A DNA stretch of 32,000 bases from Geotalea daltonii FRC-32 (GTDB lineage Bacteria > Desulfobacterota > Desulfuromonadia > Geobacterales > Geobacteraceae). Location of the stretch: assembly GCF_000022265.1 (NCBI RefSeq), contig NC_011979.1, forward strand, positions 1,080,001-1,112,000, written 5' to 3'. Positions 15,120 to 23,344 of this stretch are shown piece by piece (the first letter of the stretch is position 1; every line of letters begins with the position of its first letter). Made by a program: the position numbers and the translations under genes. The notes under the pieces are model-generated. The model was given only the letters and a program-made list of their open reading frames with translations, had not been told where the DNA came from and did no database searches.

Positions 15120-15444
15120 TTATAAAGCGTCCTTTTGGCCTGTGGCGCTGACCGCATGGGGCAGCGGTCTATTGGGGGGGGGGCTGTGGCCGTTTCCGCA
15201 CAATATATCATGCTGATATTATTTTAATGGCGAAAATCTTAGTCGGCTTGAAAAAACAGTCCTTGCTGTTATACTTTTGCAGTTTCCGCACCCTGATAGG
15301 TCATTTAACAGGAAACACCGCACGAGTAGTGGCCTGCCAAACTGTTAACTTTGCCGATTGCTGAACTTGCTTCACGGAGGTTGCTTGGACTGGGAGTGTT
15401 GCTGGACGAAGAAAGAAATATCCTCCGCAGATTGTCCATATATC

Positions 15445-17016
15445 ATGGAGGGGGAGGAGATGCTCTATGGCGCGCTGCAGCAGCGAATCATGGAGAAATG
15501 CCTGGAGTGTCCCCGGTTCAAGAATGACATGGAGCGCCTGAAGGATTCGGGAGCCCCCCTGTCCGCTATTCTGCCGCTGATCGTGGCCGAGTATCAGGAA
15601 CAGAAGGCCAGGCTGGCCTCCATGACTAACTTTGTCAACCGAAAGACCCGGGAGATGAAGTTCCTCCATGAACTTAGCGTGGTGCTGCAGACATCCATGG
15701 ATCTGGACGAGGTCCTGTCGGTGGCAATGACGGCCATTACCGCCGGCAAGGGTTTCGGCATGAATCGGGCCTTTCTGCTCATGGCTGACAAGGATCGCCA
15801 ATATCTGAAGGGATATCTGGGGGTAGGACCGAGAAACTACGAGGAAGCCTGGCAAATCTGGCAGGATATAGATCGAACCAATGACTCTTTGCATGGCATG
15901 GCGAGGAATTTCCAGAAGACCAAGCTGTCGTCGGAAAAGGTCAAGTTTCAGGATATCCTGGAGAGGCTGTCAGTGCCGCTCACCGATGAAACGCACATTC
16001 TGAACCGGGCACTGAGGGGGAAAAAACCGTTACTGGTGGAGGATGCCCTTCACAATCCGGATGTTGATCCTGCACTGGCTGCGGTTCTCGGTGTGGACTG
16101 TTTCCTGGTTACGCCGCTCATTTCGCGAAAGCGGCGCATCGGGGTCATCGTCGCCGACAACTGCGTCACCCACAAGCCGATTACTGTTCAGGACATGCAG
16201 TCCATGGAAACCTTTGCCTTTCCCGTGGCCTTTGCCCTGGAACGGGCGTCTCTGCACGAGCGGCTCAGGGAGGAACTGACCAAGCTGACTGCTGCCAACG
16301 TGAAACTCAAGGAACAGCAGGAGCTGATCGTCAAGATGGAGAAAATGGCACTGGTGGGAAAGATCACTTCCAGCATCGCCCATTCCATCAGAAACCCGCT
16401 TATGATAATAGGAGGTTTTGCCCGCTCGTTGCTTAAGAACAGCGACGAGAACGACAAGAGAAGGGCTCAGATCGAGACCATAGTTGCCGAAGCAAAGCAG
16501 CTGGAAAATGTGCTTGCAGAGGTGCTCAGCTATTCGGATTCTCTGTTTCCCGCCATGGACATGTGGGATGTGAACCAGCTGGTAAGCTCCGTTTATGTGG
16601 AAATGCTCGAGCGGCTGAAGCAGCGGGGCATCAGCAGTTATCTCGACCTGGCTGCCGACCTGCCCATGGTATGGATCGACTATAAACAGATAAGCTACTG
16701 TGTCAGGGCTCTCATTATCAATTCCATGGAGGTCATGACGGATAACGGTGAGATCCGGCTAAAGACCAGCCAGGAGAGCGATTCCGTAGTGGTGGAAATA
16801 AGCGATACCGGTCCGGCCATGCCGAAAGAGATTCGGGAATCATTGACCACTCCCTTTGTCGATACCCAGGAGCTTGGCACGGGCACCGGCTTGCCCGTTT
16901 GCCGTGCAATCCTGGAGCGGCACGGCAACGAGTTCATCATTGAAGACCGTCCCGGCGGCGGAACGGTCTATAAAATGAAGCTACCCATCAAGAAAGGAGA
17001 AAGCTTAAATGAGTAA
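15445..17016 (+). CDS. GAF-domain sensor histidine kinase
   Basis: The product has a GAF-like region (LHELSVVLQTSMDLDEVLSVAMT...), the H-box SSIAHSIRNPL, and an ATPase G-box (DTGPAMP, GTGTGLPVCRAILERHG). The track start at 15358 is a TTG. ATG 15445 or ATG 15460 (the latter after GGAGGGGGAGGAG) is more likely. Confidence 0.85.
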   Translation: MEGEEMLYGALQQRIMEKCLECPRFKNDMERLKDSGAPLSAILPLIVAEYQEQKARLASMTNFVNRKTREMKFLHELSVVLQTSMDLDEVLSVAMTAITAGKGFGMNRAFLLMADKDRQYLKGYLGVGPRNYEEAWQIWQDIDRTNDSLHGMARNFQKTKLSSEKVKFQDILERLSVPLTDETHILNRALRGKKPLLVEDALHNPDVDPALAAVLGVDCFLVTPLISRKRRIGVIVADNCVTHKPITVQDMQSMETFAFPVAFALERASLHERLREELTKLTAANVKLKEQQELIVKMEKMALVGKITSSIAHSIRNPLMIIGGFARSLLKNSDENDKRRAQIETIVAEAKQLENVLAEVLSYSDSLFPAMDMWDVNQLVSSVYVEMLERLKQRGISSYLDLAADLPMVWIDYKQISYCVRALIINSMEVMTDNGEIRLKTSQESDSVVVEISDTGPAMPKEIRESLTTPFVDTQELGTGTGLPVCRAILERHGNEFIIEDRPGGGTVYKMKLPIKKGESLNE

Positions 17017-17383
17017 ATTACTGGTGGTGGACGATGAGGCCAATATCAGGCTGCTCTATTCGCAAGAGCTTACCGACGAGGGCTACGAGGTGATCACTGC
17101 CGCTACTGCCGCAGAGGCGGTTGAGCAGCTTAAAGCAAATGGGGTGGACCTGGTCATCCTGGACATAAAACTGAAGAATGAGAGTGGCATAGAACTACTT
17201 CAACAGATAGTCAAAGATCGTCACGAACTGCCGGTAATCTTATCCAGCGCTTTTTCCTTTTACAAGGATGATTTCTCCGCCTGGCTTGCCGATGCCTACG
17301 TGGTTAAATCCAGTGATTTGCAGGAGCTGAAGGATGAGATACGACGGGTGTTGGAAAAGAAAGGGCGAATAAAATCCAATTGA
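17009..17383 (+). CDS. Single-domain response regulator (CheY-like receiver)
   Basis: Motifs seen: LVVDDEANIRLL, DLVILDIKL, SSAFS and VVKSSD. The gene overlaps the end of the kinase gene by 8 nt. Confidence 0.88.
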   Translation: MSKLLVVDDEANIRLLYSQELTDEGYEVITAATAAEAVEQLKANGVDLVILDIKLKNESGIELLQQIVKDRHELPVILSSAFSFYKDDFSAWLADAYVVKSSDLQELKDEIRRVLEKKGRIKSN

Positions 17384-17415
17384 ATGTCAATTTAATGTAA
17401 AGGAGTGATGTTTCT

Positions 17416-19923
17416 ATGAAAGCAGTTATTATGGCCGGTGGCTTCGGCACCCGCATGCAACCCCTGACCTGTAATACTCCAAAACCTATGGTTCCTCTCC
17501 TCAATCGACCGATCATGCTCCACATCGTCGAACTTTTGAAGAAGTACCACGTGACTGACCTGGTGCTGCTCCTTTACCACCAGCCCAATGTCATCAAGAA
17601 TTTTTTCCGGGACGGCGCCGATTTCGGTGTCAAAATTACGTACGTCACGCCGCTGGAGGATATGGGCACAGCGGGTGCTGTTAAATATGCGGAGAAATAC
17701 CTCAAGGAGCGCTTTCTCATCATCAGCGGCGATCTTCTTACCGATTTCAACCTGCAGAAGGTGCTCAATTTCCATGAAGACAACAAGGCCCTGGCGACCA
17801 TTACCCTGACCTCCGTCAAAGACCCGTTGCAGTTCGGCGTGGTCATAACCGACAAGGAGAAGCGGATAACCCAGTTTCTGGAGAAGCCGGGCTGGGGCGA
17901 GATCATCTCCGACACCATCAACACCGGTATCTATGTGCTAGAACCGGAGATATTCAAATACATTCCCGAGGGGGAAAATTTCGACTTCTCCCAGGACCTG
18001 TTTCCGCTACTGCTGAAAAAGAAGGAGCCCCTGTTTGGTTTTCCGCTTAAAGGCTATTGGCGGGACATCGGCAATACCGATTCCTATCGGGAGGCCCATC
18101 ACGATATCCTGCGGGGCAAGGTATATGCCCGCATCGATGCCCACAAGCAGGACCTGATCGGCAAGGACCTGCGCATCGGTGCCGATGTCAAACTTGATCG
18201 TAGTGTCATTCTCGACGGCACCGTCGTCATCGGTGACAACTCTCAGGTACAGGACAATGCCCAGCTGAAAGACACGGTCATAGGCCGCAACTGCACCATT
18301 GAGCCGGGCGTGCGGCTTTCCCGCTGCGTGATCTGGGATAACGTCTACATCAAGCGGGGGGCCAAGATTACCGACAGTGTCATCTGCAACAATGTCAGTG
18401 TCGGCCAGGGCGTGGTCATGGAAGAAGGGACCATCGTTGCCGACGACACCTCCATCGGTGAAGAAGTGTACATCAAACGTGATGTGAAGATCTGGCCGCG
18501 CAAGGTGATCGAGGGGGGATCAACGGTAACGGGCAACCTCATTTGGGGCGAACGGTGGAAAAAATCGCTCTTTGAAGGCAAAATGATCAAGGGGCTTACC
18601 AATATCGAACTGACTCCGGAATTTGTCGCCAAGCTTGGATGTGCCTATGGCACATCGCTGCAGAAGGGTAGCTTTGTCCTGGCTGGGCGTGATGCCTCCC
18701 TCTCTTCGCGGATGCTGAAGCGGAGCTTTCTCGGCGGCATACTTTCTGCAGGCGTCAATGTGCGCGACCTGAAGATGGTGTCGCTGCCCATAATGCGTTA
18801 CAAGCTTCGCACTTTTGGCGAAGGCGGTGGGGTTCACTTCCGCCAGGCCATAGATGATCCGGCCTCCACGGAGATTGTCTTTCTCGATGCCGATGGCTTG
18901 GACTTTTCCAGTTCCATGGGCAAGAACGTGGAGCGGATCTTTTACAAGGAAAACTTCCGCCGTGCCCATCATATGGAGCCCGGGGGGATCAGCGAATTGC
19001 CTCAGGTGGCCGATTTTTACCGGGAGGGGTTTGCCCGTGCTTTGGACATGGAATTGCTGAGAAAGGCCGGATTCAAGGTGGTGGTGGATTTCAACCACTC
19101 CCCCGCTGGTCAGACTCTGCCGGCTATCCTCAACGATATGGGCTGTGAGGTTATCGGTATCAACGCCTACATCGATGAAGAGCGGGTGACGAAAAAACCG
19201 GAAAACAACGCCCAGAGCTTGCAACAACTGGCAAAAATCGTTTCCTCTCTGGAGGCAAAAGCGGGATTCTGGCTTGATACCACCTCTGAAGAGGTTATTC
19301 TTGTAGATGAGACGGGAAGGCTCTATGAGCCTTCGGAATTTCTCACCCTGCTGGTGGCTCTTTCGTTAAAAACCGGAGTCAGGGGGGCATTTGCCGTGCC
19401 TGTTTCAGCACCGTCGGTTATCGAGCAGCTGGCACATGAGAAGGGGTGCTCGGTCCGCCGTACCAAGAGTGCCGAACGATCCATGATCGAAGCTGCCCAG
19501 TCTTCGGAGGTGATAATGGCCGGGTCCATGGATGGACGCTTTGCCTTTCCAAAATTCCAGGCGGCTTTCGACGGTATGTTTACCATCGCCAAAACCATTG
19601 AGCTGGCTGCGGCTGCAGAAATTCCCCTGTCCCGCATCCTGGATGACATCCCCCGGCGGACGTTCCTCCAGGGCAGGGTTCCCTGTGTATGGGACATGAA
19701 GGGGGGGATCATGCGCAAGATGAGCGAGGACAGCCTGGAGAGGGAGGCCATCTACATCGACGGCATCAAGGTTCATTTCGGAGAGGACTGGGTGCTGGTG
19801 CTTCCGGACCAGTACAACCCCTATGTGCATATTATTGCCGAGGCCAAGGACCAGAAGGTGGCCCACCGGCTGCTTGACGAGTATCGGAAAAAAGTGGAGA
19901 AATGGAAAAAGGAGCTGCAATAA
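17416..19923 (+). CDS. Sugar-1-phosphate nucleotidyltransferase (NTP-transferase plus left-handed beta-helix) fused to a phosphohexomutase-like C-terminal domain
   Basis: The N-terminus carries MKAVIMAGGFGTRMQPLT (the GxGTR motif), followed by hexapeptide-repeat stretches. The C-terminal roughly 450 aa are PGM/PMM-like in length and pattern, but the canonical loops look degenerate (see findings). Confidence 0.8.
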   Translation: MKAVIMAGGFGTRMQPLTCNTPKPMVPLLNRPIMLHIVELLKKYHVTDLVLLLYHQPNVIKNFFRDGADFGVKITYVTPLEDMGTAGAVKYAEKYLKERFLIISGDLLTDFNLQKVLNFHEDNKALATITLTSVKDPLQFGVVITDKEKRITQFLEKPGWGEIISDTINTGIYVLEPEIFKYIPEGENFDFSQDLFPLLLKKKEPLFGFPLKGYWRDIGNTDSYREAHHDILRGKVYARIDAHKQDLIGKDLRIGADVKLDRSVILDGTVVIGDNSQVQDNAQLKDTVIGRNCTIEPGVRLSRCVIWDNVYIKRGAKITDSVICNNVSVGQGVVMEEGTIVADDTSIGEEVYIKRDVKIWPRKVIEGGSTVTGNLIWGERWKKSLFEGKMIKGLTNIELTPEFVAKLGCAYGTSLQKGSFVLAGRDASLSSRMLKRSFLGGILSAGVNVRDLKMVSLPIMRYKLRTFGEGGGVHFRQAIDDPASTEIVFLDADGLDFSSSMGKNVERIFYKENFRRAHHMEPGGISELPQVADFYREGFARALDMELLRKAGFKVVVDFNHSPAGQTLPAILNDMGCEVIGINAYIDEERVTKKPENNAQSLQQLAKIVSSLEAKAGFWLDTTSEEVILVDETGRLYEPSEFLTLLVALSLKTGVRGAFAVPVSAPSVIEQLAHEKGCSVRRTKSAERSMIEAAQSSEVIMAGSMDGRFAFPKFQAAFDGMFTIAKTIELAAAAEIPLSRILDDIPRRTFLQGRVPCVWDMKGGIMRKMSEDSLEREAIYIDGIKVHFGEDWVLVLPDQYNPYVHIIAEAKDQKVAHRLLDEYRKKVEKWKKELQ

Positions 19924-19928
19924 AAACA

Positions 19929-19997
19929 GTTCGAGGTTCGAAGTTCGGAGTTCGAAGTTAAAGGACTGAAACCTCGAACCTCGAACGTCGAATTTCG
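19929..19997 (+). repeat. Heptamer-built hairpin in an operon spacer
   Basis: GTTCGAG GTTCGAA GTTCGGA GTTCGAA (19929-19956) is followed by a 10-nt loop, then AACCTCG AACCTCG AACGTCG AATTTCG (19970-19997). The right arm is the near reverse complement of the left arm. Confidence 0.8.
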
Positions 19998-20010
19998 CAC
20001 CGGATTCTAA

Positions 20011-22191
20011 ATGACAAACCCCCTGTACATAACCTTTCTCTGGCATATGCACCAGCCGTACTACAAGGACCCTCTCAAGGGTGAGTATGCGCTGCCCTGG
20101 ACTTATCTCCATGCCGTAAAGGATTACTATGACATGGCGGCAATTGTCGATGAAACCCCAGGAGCCCGAGCTGTTTTCAACCTGGTGCCCTCCCTCCTGG
20201 ATCAGATCATGGACTACGCCTCCGGGGCTGCCGTAGATCAGTTTTTGCTGCTTGGACAGAAGGCGCCTGCAGATATGAAGGAAGAGGAGAAGCTTTTCAT
20301 TCTGGAAAACTTCTTCTCTGCCAATCGTCAGCGGATGATAGAGCCTTACAAGCGTTATCTGGAGCTCTATTGCCTGGCCGGAGAAGGTGGCGGGCTGGAA
20401 GAGCACCTGCGCCAGTTCAGGGACCAGGACTTCATCGACCTGCAAGTGTGGTTCTTTCTTGCCTGGACCGGGGAGGCGGCCAAACGCCGGTTTCCCGAAT
20501 TCAGGCGACTGATGGAAAAGGGAAAGAACTTTACCGAAGAGGACAAGGCGCTGCTCTTTTCACGGCAGCGGGAGCTGATCGGGGAAATCATCCCCTTGTA
20601 CGGCAAACTGCACCGGGAAGGAAAGGCCGAGTTGTCGGTAACTCCCTATTTCCATCCGATCCTGCCGCTTTTATGCGATATGAAAAAAGCCCGTGTTGCC
20701 ATGCCCAAGGTCAATCTGCCGGCTGTTTCCTTTCAGCACCCGGAGGATGCCCATGCACAGGTAGCCCAGGGCGTTGCACGTTTCGAGGAAATCTTCGGTT
20801 TCAAACCAAAGGGAATGTGGCCGTCGGAAGGATCGGTAAGTGACGAGGCATTGGGCATTATTGCCGATTGCGGCATTGTCTGGGCGGCTACCGACGAAGG
20901 TGTCCTCTCCCATACTTTGCCGGGAGGAATAGGTTCAAACAGGGAAGCCCTCTACCAGCCATACCAGTTTCAACAGCAGGGTCGTGGAGTTTCACTTTTT
21001 TTTCGGGATCATGCATTGTCGGACCTGATCGGGTTTACCTATTCACAATGGAGCCCTGAGCGGGCCGTTGCCGATTTTATTGACAGGCTGCAGGACATCC
21101 GCCACCGCATTCATGGCGCACGGGTCGTGCCAGTGATACTGGACGGGGAGAATGCATGGGAGTACTATGCGGACAACGGCTACACTTTTTTGAGCCGGCT
21201 CTATCGGGCTGTGGCAGAGAGCCCTGGACTGACGCCGGCCACTTTTTCCCAGGTGCTGGATCTGGTGTATGGCAGGCACAGCATCGGCCATATCCATCCC
21301 GGATCATGGATAAATGCCAACTATGGCATCTGGATCGGCCATCCAGAAGAGAATCTTGGCTGGGATTATCTGGCCAAGGCCCGCCAGGCTGCCGTTGAGG
21401 CCAGTCCCGAGGTGGGGGCTCTGCTTTCCGGCAAAGGGGATGAAGGCTCGGAAATCGCCATTGCCGTTTGCCGGTCACTCTATGCTGCGGAAGGGAGTGA
21501 CTGGTTCTGGTGGTATGGAGACGACCATTTCTCTCCCCACAGCGACAGGTTTGATGCACTATTTCGCCGGCACCTGATGAATGTATACCGACTGCTCGGT
21601 CTGAACATACCGACCGAGCTCTACGAGCCGATCAAGAAAAAAGGGGTGGCCGGTTTTGTTCGTGAACCGGCGGCACTGCTTTCACCTGCCATCAGCGGTT
21701 TTGTCACCGATTATTTCGAATGGCTTGCTGCCGGGCTCTATGACCTGACGAAGCAGGCATCGGCAATGCACGCGGCTGAAGCCCTGATGCAGTCCTTTTT
21801 CTATGGCTTCGATCGCAAATACATGTATTTCAGAATCGATGGAGTCCAATCCCTGGGTAAGATCCTGCTGCCGCAAGACCATCTGAACCTGCATCTGATC
21901 CATGAAAAAGAGTACCGGCTGACCATGGGCCTGGAGGCGGAAGAAGGGCCACTGTGGATCAAAGGAGAAAGGGATTGGCATGCAACGGAAGCCATGTGCT
22001 GCTGGAAAATAGTCAAGGTAGCCGAAGCACGAATTCCCCTGGACAGCCTTAACCTCTTGCCGGGTGACAAGCTTTTTGCATATTTTACCCTTTTGCGCGG
22101 CGAGGAAGAAATGGGCCGGTGGCCGGCGGATTCTCCGCTTATGCTGAGCTATGCAGGGGCGGATCTGGAGCTGGAAACATGGCTCATTTAA
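20011..22191 (+). CDS. Glycoside hydrolase family 57 protein (alpha-glucan acting)
   Basis: GH57 signature regions are present: FLWHMHQPYY, MWPSEGSVS (nucleophile Glu region), VILDGENAWEYY (acid/base Asp region) and EGSDWFWWYGDDH. Confidence 0.85.
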   Translation: MTNPLYITFLWHMHQPYYKDPLKGEYALPWTYLHAVKDYYDMAAIVDETPGARAVFNLVPSLLDQIMDYASGAAVDQFLLLGQKAPADMKEEEKLFILENFFSANRQRMIEPYKRYLELYCLAGEGGGLEEHLRQFRDQDFIDLQVWFFLAWTGEAAKRRFPEFRRLMEKGKNFTEEDKALLFSRQRELIGEIIPLYGKLHREGKAELSVTPYFHPILPLLCDMKKARVAMPKVNLPAVSFQHPEDAHAQVAQGVARFEEIFGFKPKGMWPSEGSVSDEALGIIADCGIVWAATDEGVLSHTLPGGIGSNREALYQPYQFQQQGRGVSLFFRDHALSDLIGFTYSQWSPERAVADFIDRLQDIRHRIHGARVVPVILDGENAWEYYADNGYTFLSRLYRAVAESPGLTPATFSQVLDLVYGRHSIGHIHPGSWINANYGIWIGHPEENLGWDYLAKARQAAVEASPEVGALLSGKGDEGSEIAIAVCRSLYAAEGSDWFWWYGDDHFSPHSDRFDALFRRHLMNVYRLLGLNIPTELYEPIKKKGVAGFVREPAALLSPAISGFVTDYFEWLAAGLYDLTKQASAMHAAEALMQSFFYGFDRKYMYFRIDGVQSLGKILLPQDHLNLHLIHEKEYRLTMGLEAEEGPLWIKGERDWHATEAMCCWKIVKVAEARIPLDSLNLLPGDKLFAYFTLLRGEEEMGRWPADSPLMLSYAGADLELETWLI

Positions 22192-22195
22192 ATGC

Positions 22196-22267
22196 GGTGA
22201 TTGGTGATTGGTGATTGGTGATTGGGTCAGAACATGCCGCCGACCACCGACCATCAACCGCCGACCG
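22196..22267 (+). repeat. Heptamer-built imperfect hairpin in an operon spacer
   Basis: Four perfect GGTGATT copies (22196-22223) are followed by a 16-nt spacer, then CCGACCA CCGACCA TCAACCG CCGACCG (22240-22267). As RNA the arms pair at 6 of 7 positions per heptad, counting one G-U pair and leaving one A-C mismatch. Confidence 0.75.
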
Positions 22268-22285
22268 ATTATAAATGGAGGAAGA

Positions 22286-23311
22286 ATGTCTGAATTACGC
22301 TGGGACCCCCTGAAACTGCACTGGGTCATCATCGCCACCGAGCGGGGGAGGCGGCCGCGGGATTTTCAGGCGGAGCCCCAGGAGAAAGAGGTCGCCAGCT
22401 GTCCGTTCTGTTACGGCAACGAGGACAAGACCCCGGCGGAGATTTTCGCCATCCGGCCCTCGGGTCCTGCCAACTCTCCCGGATGGAAGGTCCGGGTCAT
22501 TCCCAACAAATACCCGGTGTTGCGGGTCGAGGGAGAGGTGAAAAGCAAAGGATACGGTGTCTATGACGTCATGTCGGGCATCGGCGCCCACGAGGTTATT
22601 ATTGAGACCCCGCGGCATGACCAGGGGCTGGCGGATCTTTCGCCGTCTGAAATCACCGATGTGCTGAAGGCTTACCGTACCCGTTATGTGGATCTCCGCC
22701 GGGATTTCAGGCTCCGTTACATGGTCCTCTTCAAAAATCACGGCATTCGTGCAGGTGCCACCCTGGCCCATTCCCACAGCCAACTCATCGCCGTTCCTTT
22801 GACGCCGCCGGTCGCGGCCACCGAACTGAAGATTTGCCGTGAGTTTTTCGAGAGCAAGGAACGCTGCATTTTCTGTGACCTGATCAATTTTGAATTGGAA
22901 AGCGGCAGCAGAATTGTCAAAGAATTTCCCAATTTTGTGACTATGACCCCGTATGCCTCCTGTTTTCCCTTTGAGCTGCGCCTGTATCCTAAAAAGCATT
23001 CTCACGACTTTGCCTTGATGGATGATGCCCAGCTGGGTGAACTGGCCATTGCCATGAAGGATATGCTGCTCAGGTTGAAGACGGTGCTGAAGGATCCTCC
23101 GTACAACTTCATTCTCCATACGGCTCCTCCCCGGCAGCCGCGACTCGGCAAGCCGGAGTACTGGGGTTCCATCGAATACGATTATCATTGGCATATTGAA
23201 CTGGTGCCGAGGCTGACCCAGATCGCCGGTTTTGAATGGGGAACCGGTTTTTACATAAACCCAACGTCACCGGAGGATGCAGCTGCTTTCCTCCGTGAGG
23301 CAGACATTTAG
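22286..23311 (+). CDS. galT: GalT-type (class I HIT) hexose-1-phosphate nucleotidyltransferase / possible ADP-glucose phosphorylase
   Basis: The product has the Zn site CPFCYGNE and the active-site HSHSQLIA (HxHxQ). The ATG at 22286 has a GGAGG Shine-Dalgarno. The track N-terminal extension merely translates the heptamer repeats. Confidence 0.8.
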   Translation: MSELRWDPLKLHWVIIATERGRRPRDFQAEPQEKEVASCPFCYGNEDKTPAEIFAIRPSGPANSPGWKVRVIPNKYPVLRVEGEVKSKGYGVYDVMSGIGAHEVIIETPRHDQGLADLSPSEITDVLKAYRTRYVDLRRDFRLRYMVLFKNHGIRAGATLAHSHSQLIAVPLTPPVAATELKICREFFESKERCIFCDLINFELESGSRIVKEFPNFVTMTPYASCFPFELRLYPKKHSHDFALMDDAQLGELAIAMKDMLLRLKTVLKDPPYNFILHTAPPRQPRLGKPEYWGSIEYDYHWHIELVPRLTQIAGFEWGTGFYINPTSPEDAAAFLREADI

Positions 23312-23344
23312 TAAGAGGAAATATCATTGAGAGGTAGTACAGGT

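Noticed and set aside
15301-15894. 197-aa minus-strand ORF and the TTG-initiated extension (15358) of the kinase ORF
   Set aside because: The minus-strand ORF is antisense to the kinase N-terminus. The TTG extension lacks a Shine-Dalgarno, whereas ATG 15445 and ATG 15460 follow purine-rich ribosome-binding sequences.
19405-20445. 346-aa minus-strand ORF spanning the end of the 835-aa gene, the heptamer hairpin and the GH57 start
   Set aside because: It crosses two well-supported plus-strand genes and an intergenic repeat, and it has no motifs.
19929-22267. Heptamer repeats as a CRISPR array or minisatellite coding repeat
   Set aside because: The units are only 7 nt long with no spacers. They are arranged as two complementary arms and lie in short non-coding gaps.
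22208-22285. N-terminal extension of the GalT-type ORF (MVIGDWVRTCRRPPTINRRP...)
   Set aside because: It merely translates the heptamer repeats. The ATG at 22286 has a proper GGAGG Shine-Dalgarno, and the conserved protein starts there.
22295-23194. 299-aa minus-strand ORF
   Set aside because: It is antisense to the GalT-type gene, which has the HxHxQ and CxxC motifs. The composition is typical of a GC-rich shadow ORF.
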